64,000 nucleotides of DNA. It comes from Nitrosopumilus sp. (lineage in GTDB: Archaea; Thermoproteota; Nitrososphaeria; Nitrososphaerales; Nitrosopumilaceae). Positions 29,732-40,326 of this stretch are shown in pieces. The DNA lies in the NCBI GenBank assembly GCA_965203315.1, contig OZ241857.1, forward strand, positions 1,280,001 through 1,344,000, read 5' to 3'. Under the pieces are notes generated by a model. The model was not told where the DNA came from, searched no databases, and saw nothing but the letters and a program-made list of their open reading frames with translations. The position numbers and the translations under genes were made by a program. Numbering within the stretch: position 1 is the first letter of the stretch; each line of letters starts with the position of its first letter.

Positions 29732-30451
29732 TCATGTAAATATAGAGACAAGTTTAGGTAAAGCAGACGCGCTAGTATCTCTTATTATGATATCCATCTC
29801 TGGAGACATTGGAGTCTCATCTGGATTTATCTCAACAAGAATAGCACCATTCTGTTTTGAGACAGCTGGTAGCATATTCGCAGGCGAGACTACAAGTGAC
29901 GTTCCAACAATTATCATCATATCACAATGACTCGAACGTGCGATCGCAGTATTCCAGATATCCTGATCCAATGGCTCACCAAACCAGACAACATCTGGTC
30001 GTAAAAGATTTGTACATTTACAGATGGGAGGAACTTTGGTTATCTGTATATCATCTGTGATAAAATCACAGACGGTGCATCGCACTCTGGTAATATTTCC
30101 ATGCAGTTCGACTATATCATAACTACCTGCTCTCTGATGAAGACCATCGATGTTCTGCGTAATTACATGTACATCGATTAATCTTGACATCTCGGCGATA
30201 GCCACGTGACCTGCATTTGGTGTAGCAGCAACTATATTTTCTCGTCTCTCGCAATACCATTCCCACACCAGCTTGGGATTTGTATAAAATGCATCTATTG
30301 TAGCAAGCTGTTGTGCATCATAGTCTCTCCACAACCCATCCTTTCCTCGAAACGTTGGAATTCCACTCTCTTGCGAGATCCCAGCTCCTGTTACAAACAC
30401 CACTCGTTGAATACTATCTCGTATATCGCGGATACGATCAAACGGACTCAT
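29732..30451 (-). CDS. cobB: NAD-dependent deacylase (Sir2 family)
   Basis: GAGISQESGIPTFRG, TQNIDGLH, HG, CxxC/CxC. Confidence 0.94.
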   Translation of the reverse strand: MSPFDRIRDIRDSIQRVVFVTGAGISQESGIPTFRGKDGLWRDYDAQQLATIDAFYTNPKLVWEWYCERRENIVAATPNAGHVAIAEMSRLIDVHVITQNIDGLHQRAGSYDIVELHGNITRVRCTVCDFITDDIQITKVPPICKCTNLLRPDVVWFGEPLDQDIWNTAIARSSHCDMMIIVGTSLVVSPANMLPAVSKQNGAILVEINPDETPMSPEMDIIIRDTSASALPKLVSIFT

Positions 30452-31344
30452 ATCTCAATCTCTAATAGATCTCGTGCTGCAACTACAGACTCGTGTACCT
30501 CACTTGCCTCTCTAAGATGTTCTATCTCATCCTTGTAACGGGCCGAAAAGTGAGTTAGTATGAGATTCTTTACACCAGCATTCTTTGCAAGAGTCGCTGC
30601 CTGCCTAGCTGTAGAGTGACATGTATCGAGAGCTTTCTGTTGTGTTGCATCTAGAAATGTTGAATCAAATACTAGATAGTCACATCCTTTAAAGAAGGAC
30701 TCTAGCTCAGCAGACGGCATAGTGTCTCCTGAGACTCCAATCTTTTTACCAGCTCGGCTAGGACCTAGAACTTGATCTGGTCGTATATCTGTACCATTTA
30801 TGGTAATGTTATCTCCTTGTTGTAATTTGCTCCAGAGTCTTCCTTTTGGAATACCTAACTCTAATGCCTTTGCAGTATTAAATCTCCCAGCTCTTGGCTT
30901 CTCTTCAAATCTATATGCAAAACAAGTAATTGAATGATTAGCTTTGACGGCATGAATTGTATATTCTTGCTCGTCACATATCATACCGTTATCTACTATA
31001 CCGATAAAGATCGGAAACGATAATCCAAAGTTTAAAATTTTAATATTTGCAGATATGAACTCTTCAATTCCTTTAGGTCCAAATATCTCAATCTTTTCTG
31101 TTCTTCCATGTAGTGACATAGTTTGTAGTAGACCCAGTATTCCAATACAGTGATCTCCATGTAGGTGTGTTACTAGAATCTTCATCTTTTTATTCCAACC
31201 AAATCCAGATCTCATAAAGGCCATCTGAGCTGCTTCGCCTGCATCAAACATTAGAATCTCACCGTCTCGTTCTAGACATATGCACGACAGACCTCGTTCT
31301 TTGGTGGGATGTGCTGCAGACGTTCCCAAGAATACTAGTCTCAT
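30448..31344 (-). CDS. rnz: Ribonuclease Z
   Basis: THLHGDH, flexible arm GIPKG, THFSARY. Confidence 0.95.
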   Translation of the reverse strand: MRLVFLGTSAAHPTKERGLSCICLERDGEILMFDAGEAAQMAFMRSGFGWNKKMKILVTHLHGDHCIGILGLLQTMSLHGRTEKIEIFGPKGIEEFISANIKILNFGLSFPIFIGIVDNGMICDEQEYTIHAVKANHSITCFAYRFEEKPRAGRFNTAKALELGIPKGRLWSKLQQGDNITINGTDIRPDQVLGPSRAGKKIGVSGDTMPSAELESFFKGCDYLVFDSTFLDATQQKALDTCHSTARQAATLAKNAGVKNLILTHFSARYKDEIEHLREASEVHESVVAARDLLEIEI

Positions 31345-31347
31345 GTA

Positions 31348-32271
31348 TTATACATCCATCAATCTCTTATGCTTGCATAATTTAGATATTGCAGATAGGA
31401 TCGAGTCAGAGACATCAACTTGTGATGTATCTCTAGGAATTGTATTGGCACTAATTATCTTGGTTACTCCGGCCTTTCGCATCTTGGTCTTTGCTGAACC
31501 AATCAACAATGCATGTGTACATACAACATAGACTCGTTTACAACCCAACCTCTTAAGAAACTCTGTGGCCTTGATGATACTGCCACCAGTACTTATCATA
31601 TCATCTACTAGTACTACATTCTTACCAACTACCTTGTTGCTACTCTTCGTCACTATCTCTACTAGTCCAGTCTCTCTATCCCGCCTCTTTTGTAGTATCA
31701 AATATTCCGTATTGATCAAGTCTGCAAACTCTATCGCACGTTCCCTCCCTCCATGATCTGGAGATACAACGACTACATCTTTGATGCACAACTTTGTAAA
31801 ATACTCAGCAAGGACCGGAACTGCGGTGACATTTACAACCTTGATTGGAATGCATTGTAATCCAACCATACTGTGTATGTCTACTACGATTATGTTGGAT
31901 ATACCTACACTCTTGAAGAGCCTTCCAAGAACTTGGAGCGTTACGACTTCGCCTTGTAGAAATGCCCTATCTTGTCGTGCATATCCCATATATGGAATAA
32001 CTACAGTTATTGTCTTTGCACTCTCTCTGACCTTTTCAGACATAGATAGCAACTGAACGATATTTGTGTCGACTGGTGGGTAAAGTGACTGTACTATGAT
32101 ACAATGTTCTTTAGGCAATGTACCAGGAATCGTAATCTTGTTCTCTCCATCAGCAAAAACTTTGAGTTTGGATTGTATGATCTTGGCATCTAACCCTTCT
32201 GCTATTTTAGTCGCTAGCTCTGGCATATTACCAGAAATTACTGATACATTCAATATTGGATCATATTGCAA
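31348..32271 (-). CDS. prs: Ribose-phosphate pyrophosphokinase
   Basis: FADGE, YARQDR, VDDMISTGGS. Confidence 0.95.
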   Translation of the reverse strand: MQYDPILNVSVISGNMPELATKIAEGLDAKIIQSKLKVFADGENKITIPGTLPKEHCIIVQSLYPPVDTNIVQLLSMSEKVRESAKTITVVIPYMGYARQDRAFLQGEVVTLQVLGRLFKSVGISNIIVVDIHSMVGLQCIPIKVVNVTAVPVLAEYFTKLCIKDVVVVSPDHGGRERAIEFADLINTEYLILQKRRDRETGLVEIVTKSSNKVVGKNVVLVDDMISTGGSIIKATEFLKRLGCKRVYVVCTHALLIGSAKTKMRKAGVTKIISANTIPRDTSQVDVSDSILSAISKLCKHKRLMDV

Positions 32272-32291
32272 TGGGTATCTTAAGTTTTGAG

Positions 32292-34031
32292 CTAGTCGTC
32301 TACTCCGCCGCGCGAGATATCACCTAAACCATACTCATTCAACACGTCGTCTCTATCTCTATCTAGTCTAGCAATCTCTTCTTCTTCTCGTTTTTCATCG
32401 CCTTGATATATGGTTCTGATGGGCCATGGGATCCTAATATCATATCGCTTAAACTCTTCATACATGATCATTCTCAGATCAGTCTTTGTCTTAAACTGCC
32501 CTCCATAATCTCGCACATATACCCACATCGAGAAATCAAGCGACGAGTCGTTAAAGTTGTCAAATCGTACCACGGGCTGAGATATATCTACAATTAGATC
32601 TTTGTCGCAACCACAACTCGCTTTATTTTTATCTAAAAATGGACATCGACTCTGTCTAATTATGTGCCGTCCTTTATCATCCTTTATCTCTCTCATTCCA
32701 CGTCTACCAACCTTTACTAGAATTGATGCTACCTGCTTTGGATCATTAAGATACGATACACCAACCTTTACAACAGCTGGTACGAGCTTGTTCTCTTTGG
32801 TATAGTTTACAATCTGTGCTGTAATCAACTGTCTAGTTGGAATAACGGCAATCGACTCATACAATGCATCTCTGATATATGTGACTCTTGGTGTAATTTT
32901 ATGTACATATCCATTGTATCCGGTGTCGAGTTTTACTCTATCTCCTTCAACAAAGATCTTGTCCTTTTTGATCATAATATACGCAAAATAGTTTTGCATA
33001 GTCTCTTGCAGTGCTAGTCCCAAACCAATAGAAAATCCACCGGTCGCAGTAGCGAGCACAAACAAGTCGACTCCCCACCATGCCATAACTCCTAGAATCA
33101 CAGCTATGAAAATTCCTATAGGAAGTATCTGTTTTGTAGATTTAGGCACACCCTTATTCTTCTTCTTTGCATAACCTGGCGGCCGTGAGCTCGGAATTAT
33201 AGGTTCATATCCATGCGAACGTTTCTCTTCGCGCCATGTATCTATTGGAAAGATCTCAGTCGGTGTCGCATTGGGTCTGAGCTTTATACCAGATTGATTA
33301 TTGCCTGTTATACAATTTTGATAATATTTCTTGTACTTTTTACGTTCAGACTCTTTCCATTCTTCGAATGGGTCATCCATCAATTTTTCAAATCCACCAA
33401 TTGGATTTCCCTTTGTGGTACGAAACTCTTCTAAATACTTTATACCTTCTTTGGTCTTTAATTTTGCTTGAAATTCCTCTTCGGTAATATCTTCCGGGGT
33501 GATCTTTGGAGGTACCCATTTGTAGAGCTTGTGAAATAGATCACCATCATCATCAACAAAACCACGCATCTCAAACCATGCATTAAAGTCCTGTTTCTCT
33601 TGTAACGACTTTTCACGTTTAGTAAGTATGATTGGAATGAGATATGCGATTGTATAACCGATCACTAGAATATCAAACGTGTTGAGAATCTTTGCAAACG
33701 TATCATGCGCTGATATTCGTTCATCCCCACTAAGTATATCTTCATCTACCAGTACGCCAGTCTGCGTATGTATGTTCAATGCAGTGATTAACGCAATCGC
33801 AAAGACTGGTAGTACCGCTTGCCTGATGAATCTTGAAATGTGAGGACGTTCATAGTAAAACTTTTGTGATCTTACCCATGATGAGAACTTGCGATATGCC
33901 ATAGCTATGCCTATTATGCCTATGATCATCATGGAGAATATTATCTGAATCTGCTCTGAAGCAGCTAAGAGGTGAGATACTGCCTCAAACTCTCCAGCTG
34001 ACATCTGTGCAAGTTGCTCCTCTTGAACCAT
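32292..34031 (-). CDS. MscS-family mechanosensitive channel with a large soluble insert
   Basis: IGLGLALQETMQN, GDRV, GVSY, IPWP. Confidence 0.88.
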   Translation of the reverse strand: MVQEEQLAQMSAGEFEAVSHLLAASEQIQIIFSMMIIGIIGIAMAYRKFSSWVRSQKFYYERPHISRFIRQAVLPVFAIALITALNIHTQTGVLVDEDILSGDERISAHDTFAKILNTFDILVIGYTIAYLIPIILTKREKSLQEKQDFNAWFEMRGFVDDDGDLFHKLYKWVPPKITPEDITEEEFQAKLKTKEGIKYLEEFRTTKGNPIGGFEKLMDDPFEEWKESERKKYKKYYQNCITGNNQSGIKLRPNATPTEIFPIDTWREEKRSHGYEPIIPSSRPPGYAKKKNKGVPKSTKQILPIGIFIAVILGVMAWWGVDLFVLATATGGFSIGLGLALQETMQNYFAYIMIKKDKIFVEGDRVKLDTGYNGYVHKITPRVTYIRDALYESIAVIPTRQLITAQIVNYTKENKLVPAVVKVGVSYLNDPKQVASILVKVGRRGMREIKDDKGRHIIRQSRCPFLDKNKASCGCDKDLIVDISQPVVRFDNFNDSSLDFSMWVYVRDYGGQFKTKTDLRMIMYEEFKRYDIRIPWPIRTIYQGDEKREEEEIARLDRDRDDVLNEYGLGDISRGGVDD

Positions 34032-34205
34032 ATTCTAGTCCTCGTCTTACCGCCATAAAGCGTTTATTATCATACTTGCAAATACAAGCCTCAAACTCTC
34101 CTGTATGAAGATCAATTATAATACGTCTAAACACGGTGGCAATCCTACATACCAAAATCCTCCCAGTTATGTAACATTTAACAACAAGTATAATCTAGTC
34201 AATTC

Positions 34206-35564
34206 ATGGCAAGTCAAGAGTCAGTTTGGGATGGATCTCCATCACTACGCTCATACACACTTACAAACTTTCGTGATCTCGAACCCATCCAAAAGCTCGA
34301 TGAAGAGAAAAAATTTGAGATGGAGGTAGTTGGAAACGTACTGCCTTTTAAGGCTAATAATTATGTGGTTGAGAACCTCATCAATTGGGATGATATTCCA
34401 AATGATCCCATGTTTGTATTGACCTTTCCTCAAAAGGGCATGTTGTTACCAGAACATTATGCAAAGATGGAGTCTACACTAAAAAACACATCTGATAAGA
34501 AAGAGATTGCAGCAGTTGCAAACGAGATTAGATTACAGCTCAATCCTCATCCAGCTGGTCAGATGGAACTTAATGTTCCTACATTAAAAGATGGAACCAA
34601 ACTCTACGGAATGCAACACAAGTACAAAGAGACATGCCTCTTCTTTCCTAGTCAGAGTCAGACATGCCACGCATACTGTAGCTTTTGTTTTAGATGGCCA
34701 CAGTTTGTAGGAATGGATGAGATGAAGTTCGCAATGCAAGAAGGAGAACAACTTGTACAGTATGTCTCTGAACACCCTGAAATATCTGACGTATTATTTA
34801 CAGGCGGTGATCCAATGATCATGAAAGCTAGAATATTTGGCAAGTATGTTGAGGGATTGATCGATGCCAAACTACCAAACCTCAAAACTATCAGAATTGG
34901 TACCAAGGCATTATCGTACTGGCCATACAAGTTTCTTACAGACTCTGATTCTGAAGAGATGTTGAGTATACTACAAAGGATAACAGATAGTGGAATCCAT
35001 GTTGCACTTATGGCACATTTTAATCATATCAATGAAATGCCCACACCTGCACTCAAAGATGCAATAGCTCAAGTAAGAAAGACTGGAACACAGATTCGAA
35101 CACAGTCTCCGTTGTTGGCGCACATCAACGATGACTCAGACATGTGGGCAAGAATGTGGTCAAAACAAGTCCAAATGGGTTGTATTCCATATTACATGTT
35201 TGCTGTACGCGATACCGGAGCTCAACATTACTTTGGCGTTCCATTGGTTAGAGCCCACAAGATCTTTAGATCTGCATATTCGCTAGTCAGTGGATTAGCA
35301 CGAACAGTTCGCGGTCCTAGCATGTCAGCTACACCAGGTAAGGTACATGTTATCGGAACTACAACTATAGGTGATCAAAGAGCCATAGTCTTAGGATTCT
35401 TACAGGGAAGAAATCCAGATTGGGTACAACGACCATTCTTTGCAAAATATGATGAGAATGCAGTTTGGCTAGATGAACTCAAACCATTCTCAGGAGAAAA
35501 ATTCTTCTTTGAGGATGAGATGAATGCATTCAAATCTCAACGTAAATCTGAGATGAATCAATAG
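34206..35564 (+). CDS. KamA-family radical SAM 2,3-aminomutase
   Basis: CHAYCSFCFR, LFTGGDP, IRIGTK, IPYYMF, PGK (PLP Lys). Confidence 0.88.
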   Translation: MASQESVWDGSPSLRSYTLTNFRDLEPIQKLDEEKKFEMEVVGNVLPFKANNYVVENLINWDDIPNDPMFVLTFPQKGMLLPEHYAKMESTLKNTSDKKEIAAVANEIRLQLNPHPAGQMELNVPTLKDGTKLYGMQHKYKETCLFFPSQSQTCHAYCSFCFRWPQFVGMDEMKFAMQEGEQLVQYVSEHPEISDVLFTGGDPMIMKARIFGKYVEGLIDAKLPNLKTIRIGTKALSYWPYKFLTDSDSEEMLSILQRITDSGIHVALMAHFNHINEMPTPALKDAIAQVRKTGTQIRTQSPLLAHINDDSDMWARMWSKQVQMGCIPYYMFAVRDTGAQHYFGVPLVRAHKIFRSAYSLVSGLARTVRGPSMSATPGKVHVIGTTTIGDQRAIVLGFLQGRNPDWVQRPFFAKYDENAVWLDELKPFSGEKFFFEDEMNAFKSQRKSEMNQ

Positions 35565-35731
35565 ATAATTTTTTTACATTAATAATAACAATCATGTTGA
35601 TTTCAGGCAATATTTCATAATAATTCAAACAAAAGAAGCTCAAACATGAACTACAAAACAATTGCATCTGGTAGAAACAAACTGCTTTTATGATATACGA
35701 TCATATTTTTTATCTATAGTCTACAAAAACT

Positions 35732-37231
35732 ATGATAAATTATCTACACATACTATTAATAACTCAACATAGAAACAAATGTAAATTGGATGTAAAACAA
35801 ATATTTCAAACCATTGAAGACCAACATATATCGTTTATTGATTTCTGGTTTGTTGATATCTTTGGTGAGTTACATAACGTGGGAATGCCAAGCTATTCAA
35901 TTGATGAACAAAACTTTGTAACCGGACTAGAAAAATTGGACGCGAGTTCGATTGTTGGATTCAAATCAGTAAACCAATCTGATATGATATTGCTACCAGA
36001 TCCTAGTACGTTTAAAATTTTACCATCAGATTATGATCCAGGTCAAAGAAAGAATGCCAGAATATTTTGTGATCTATATGACGGTAGTGTCACACCTTCT
36101 GATAGGTACAACAGGGATTCTAGGAGTATTGCATTTAAGACATCTGAGAAATTAAAAGAGTTTGGAGTCACCAGTACAAAATGGGGTCCAGAGATCGAGT
36201 TTTTTGTATTTGATGCAATCAATGTATATCCCTCTCCATACGCAGCAACTCACTCATATGGTGGTTCTGGATACTCTATCGAATCTAAAGAGTCACCATG
36301 GTCAAAAGGAAATGTCAGCACGGCGATTGGTATCAAAGAAGGATACTATCCATCTCAACCAAAGGACACTTTGGAGGGATTTAGAAAGGATGTATGTGAT
36401 GATCTACATAACTACTTTGGAATAAATATTGAAGCTGAACATCACGAAGTTGCCACATCTGGACAATGTGAGATCAACTTGGTATATGGTGAGATGATTC
36501 CTACTGCCGACAATGTAATTGCTGTAAAGAATCTAGTAAAAGTAAAAGCGAAACGAAAGAACAAAGTTGCAACGTTTATGCCAAAACCACTCTTTGGTGA
36601 TAATGCATCAGCTATGCATACACATCAAAGTTTGTGGAATGGTACTACAAATGTAATGTATGATGAAAATGACGGTGTTGCACAGATTAGTCAGACTGCT
36701 AGGTATTATATTGGTGGAATACTAAGTCACGCGTCTGCATTATGTGCAATAACCAATCCTACAACAAACTCGTACAAGCGTCTTATTCCCGGATTTGAGG
36801 CGCCCGTAAACGTATGTTGGGGAATGGGAAATCGATCTGCTGCTATCCGTGTTCCAATGTATGCTAGAAACCAAGAGAAAAGTAAGAGAATTGAGTATAG
36901 AGTTCCTGATCCTACATCAAATATCTATCTACTCGAATCTGCATTGCTTTTAGCCGGTTTAGATGGAATAAAGAACAAGATTGATCCAGGCGATCCTGTA
37001 GAAGAGAATGTATACAAACTCTCACCTGAGAAGAAACGAGAGTACAATATAGGCTCACTACCTGTATCTCTCAAAGGTGCACTAGACTCGCTTGGCAGCG
37101 ACTCGAAATTTTTAGAAAGCATCTTTACTAGAGATTTTCTTGATGCTTACATCGATCTAAAATACAAAGAGTATACAGCATTTGCACAGACCCCAACAGC
37201 TTGGGAAGTATCAATGTATGCAGATGCTTGA
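35732..37231 (+). CDS. glnA: Second glutamine synthetase type I paralog (start may be TTG near 35786)
   Basis: LDASSI, GPEIEF, HHEVA, AMHTH, LIPGFEAP, RIEYR. Confidence 0.92.
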   Translation: MINYLHILLITQHRNKCKLDVKQIFQTIEDQHISFIDFWFVDIFGELHNVGMPSYSIDEQNFVTGLEKLDASSIVGFKSVNQSDMILLPDPSTFKILPSDYDPGQRKNARIFCDLYDGSVTPSDRYNRDSRSIAFKTSEKLKEFGVTSTKWGPEIEFFVFDAINVYPSPYAATHSYGGSGYSIESKESPWSKGNVSTAIGIKEGYYPSQPKDTLEGFRKDVCDDLHNYFGINIEAEHHEVATSGQCEINLVYGEMIPTADNVIAVKNLVKVKAKRKNKVATFMPKPLFGDNASAMHTHQSLWNGTTNVMYDENDGVAQISQTARYYIGGILSHASALCAITNPTTNSYKRLIPGFEAPVNVCWGMGNRSAAIRVPMYARNQEKSKRIEYRVPDPTSNIYLLESALLLAGLDGIKNKIDPGDPVEENVYKLSPEKKREYNIGSLPVSLKGALDSLGSDSKFLESIFTRDFLDAYIDLKYKEYTAFAQTPTAWEVSMYADA

Positions 37232-37290
37232 TTGGTACAAATATCAAATACCGCCTAACCTTTTTAAAATATATTCAAGAATTTTTTTAT

Positions 37291-38010
37291 ATGAAAGTAC
37301 ATGCTATACTGATTTTATTTGTTGTTGGATTTGTCGGCGTAGCACACGCACATACAGTCGACTCTGTAGGTGAGTATAGAGTTGAGATAGGGTGGTTGAA
37401 TGAGCCAGTAGTATCTGGCGAGACAAACGCAATCGAGTTCTTTGCGAGCCCATTAGAACCATGTCCAGATATCAAAGATCGTATAAAATGTGCAGAATCA
37501 CAACCATTCGAGGATGGCATAGCTGGTCTAGAGGATACAGTCAAGATGAAGCTGTTATTCAAAGGCAAGACCATAACACTTCCACTAGTGGCCGATCATA
37601 ACACAATAGGTCAATATCATGCATTTGTCACCCCTACAGTATCCGGATTCTATCAAGCAAACATAATTGGTACGATACAAGATACTCCAATAAGCTTGTC
37701 CATGCATCCACCAAAGGTTGAAGAGAGAGCATACATCGAGTTTCCTGAACCCATAGATCTAGCAACAATCCAACTCCTTGATAAACAAGAGTTGATTGAT
37801 AGTAACATCACATCGATCACAGATGATGTTACATCTCTAAAAGTGACTATCAATGATCTACGCGACGAGGTGGAAACTCTCAGACAAGTCATGGATGCAT
37901 CTGACACTCAAGATATGTCGGCTTTTGGCAGTATAGGTACTGTACTTGGATCAGTAGGGGTTGCACTAGCCATCTTTGCAATAATTCGCTCAAGACAAAA
38001 TACTCGCTAG
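37291..38010 (+). CDS. Secreted, C-terminally anchored hypothetical protein
   Basis: Signal peptide ending AHA-H, coiled coil, C-terminal TM. Confidence 0.7.
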   Translation: MKVHAILILFVVGFVGVAHAHTVDSVGEYRVEIGWLNEPVVSGETNAIEFFASPLEPCPDIKDRIKCAESQPFEDGIAGLEDTVKMKLLFKGKTITLPLVADHNTIGQYHAFVTPTVSGFYQANIIGTIQDTPISLSMHPPKVEERAYIEFPEPIDLATIQLLDKQELIDSNITSITDDVTSLKVTINDLRDEVETLRQVMDASDTQDMSAFGSIGTVLGSVGVALAIFAIIRSRQNTR

Positions 38011-38064
38011 GTAAATATCGTTAATAAACTAAAAGTATAGGATTACCAAAATTGAATTGGCAAG

Positions 38065-39195
38065 ATGGTAGAGAGTAATTATGACATACTAGGCATCGTC
38101 GAAGGTTCAACTGAAGCAGAGATTAGAGATGCGTTTAGACAACTCGCACTCCAGTTCCATGCAGATCGTGGTGGTGAGAATGAACAGTTTATCAAAATAA
38201 AACAGGCATATGAAGATCTCAAAATTGGAAAAAAGTATCCTGACACTGATATTGAGAGATTAAAGAATTCACGTGTATATGCTGACGAGAATGATGCAGA
38301 CGTACGTAGGAGAAACCAGATCTTTGGACAACAGATATCAAAAGATATGGCTACTGCTCAAGAGTGGGCAGCCGCATTAAATCGTTCAAGCGCAACTGCG
38401 TCTAGGCTATTTGGTTCAAAGACACTTGGTGAGATTGAGATAGAACGCAAAGCAAACGGTGCACTATCCATAAAAGGAAACTTTATGGCAGGCAGCTTTC
38501 GATATGACGGTCCAATCATAATGCAAGGAAATATCTCTAGTCCTTCTTGGACACAAGAGTATCAGACTAGTATTGAGATCACTATGGGCGACTTTAAGTT
38601 TGTTGAACCTATAAAGAACAAGTACAAGATCGATAATGGTGCTCGAATAGTAGCACATGACGGTAATATCTTTGTTGGTAATATCTTTGGTAACAAGTTT
38701 CGTGTTGCAGATCCAGAAGGCCGAGTTGGAGTGTATCATATCATAGAACATAGAACATTTGTTGCTGCACCAAAAGGAAAGATAATAGCTGATAATGTAG
38801 TCAATACCGTCCATCTAGTAGCCGATACCATAATGCTTTATAACGCGGAAGATAACGTAATACTCGAAGCACGTGATATTCTATTTTATGGTAACAAGCT
38901 TACCTACGATTGTGTCATCAAACTAAAACAAGGCGGTTCCATACGATTCTTTGAGACATTCTCTATTCAAGGACTTAGCGGTGACGCAATAATTGAGTTA
39001 GATAATGGCAAGAAGATACGATTGTTTAATCTAAAGACCAAAAAGATTCGTGATCTTGCAGACGAGTTTGTACAAAACAAGGATTATGAAAAAGACGCAA
39101 CTATGGTTGGGGGCGGATTTACGATCACATATGATATGTTAGATAGTTTCTACAAGAAGCCTAAACGTAGATGGGGATTTGGTCGTTCAAATTAA
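38065..39195 (+). CDS. J-domain protein with HAD instead of HPD and a beta-rich C-terminus
   Basis: YDILG..IRDAFRQLALQFHADRGG..FIKIKQAYE. Confidence 0.8.
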   Translation: MVESNYDILGIVEGSTEAEIRDAFRQLALQFHADRGGENEQFIKIKQAYEDLKIGKKYPDTDIERLKNSRVYADENDADVRRRNQIFGQQISKDMATAQEWAAALNRSSATASRLFGSKTLGEIEIERKANGALSIKGNFMAGSFRYDGPIIMQGNISSPSWTQEYQTSIEITMGDFKFVEPIKNKYKIDNGARIVAHDGNIFVGNIFGNKFRVADPEGRVGVYHIIEHRTFVAAPKGKIIADNVVNTVHLVADTIMLYNAEDNVILEARDILFYGNKLTYDCVIKLKQGGSIRFFETFSIQGLSGDAIIELDNGKKIRLFNLKTKKIRDLADEFVQNKDYEKDATMVGGGFTITYDMLDSFYKKPKRRWGFGRSN

Positions 39196-39275
39196 TCTTC
39201 TCGATCAACTACCGATTCCAACTCTGACTAGATACAAAACTGTAAATTGCTTATTTTTGATTGTGAACTAACCAG

Positions 39276-39393
39276 GGATCTCTTCGGTTTACGTGGGATA
39301 AAATGGTCACAGAAAAAGCACTACAAGATTCTGTGGGAGAAAATTATGGAAAAAGTCTTACGAAATTCCATCACACGTAAATCGAAGAGATCC
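39276..39393. mobile_element. MITE, 118 bp, copy 1
   Basis: TIR GGATCTCTTCGGTTTACGTG / CACGTAAATCGAAGAGATCC; homologous to 62124-62240. Confidence 0.85.
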
Positions 39394-39952
39394 TAGTGGA
39401 GATATCACTTTAAAAAAGCAGTGATATTATAAAAACTTGGAAAAGATGAAGAACTATTGTTGAAACGTATTCCAAAAGTAAAAGAAAGTCTAGAAAAGGA
39501 TTTAAGAAAATAATCGATTAATTATTTCTTCTTTGGTCTAGAACTTACAGGTATCTCATCATTTGTTGTACTAGATACCTCTTGTCTACTACCTATTAGA
39601 TTTGTGTACTGTGCGGATTCGTTTTCCGTTCTACTCCGTTTTGGATGTTCATCTACCATATGATACGTTACTCTCTTGAACTATTTGAGTTTTGTCCAAT
39701 TGACGGAGGTTGATATTTTCTGCACAAAATTTTCGAAAAATTTTACAAAATATGGAAACGATCTCATATTGGATATCGTAAATCTGCTGTTTTGAGTCTC
39801 ATATTGTAAGTTCATTGAGATAACACCATCACGATCTCAACCCTCGCCAATTGAACAGAACCTAAATTTTTCAAGAACTGGTACATTATGTCACAAAACT
39901 AGGTACCACACGTAGAGTATCACTTTTAAAAATAAGAAAAAAGAGATCTAGT

Positions 39953-40252
39953 CTAGTCGACTAGTTCAGTCCAACCTTTTACGAAGACGGAGTTTTTGTA
40001 GAGTGGAACTGGTTGTCCAACAGTAAAGTCCATTGGTCTCATCCAAAAGATTGCCTTTGTTGGGCATACGCCGATGCATGCACCATCAGAGATACAACGC
40101 TCTGGGTAAAAGACGAATGCTTTACCTCTCTTCCAGCCTTCAACTGGTTTTACTCGAAGTACATCTGGACCCAAAGTTGTACAAATCTCTACACATAGTG
40201 CACAGCCTATACACATTTGTTCGCTGATGTCCGGAATAATTCCTACTGGCAT
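39953..40252 (-). CDS. 4Fe-4S dicluster ferredoxin
   Basis: CIGCALCVEIC and CISDGACIGVCP. Confidence 0.92.
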   Translation of the reverse strand: MPVGIIPDISEQMCIGCALCVEICTTLGPDVLRVKPVEGWKRGKAFVFYPERCISDGACIGVCPTKAIFWMRPMDFTVGQPVPLYKNSVFVKGWTELVD

Positions 40253-40326
40253 AACAGATTCAAGTTCGTTATACATCATTAATATAATTTACCCAAGATC
40301 TTTCTACTATAACGCCGTTTGAGATA

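Noticed and set aside
39522-39659. 45-aa minus-strand ORF MVDEHPKRSRTENES...
   Set aside because: Low-complexity and hydrophilic with no motif or paralog; cannot be supported
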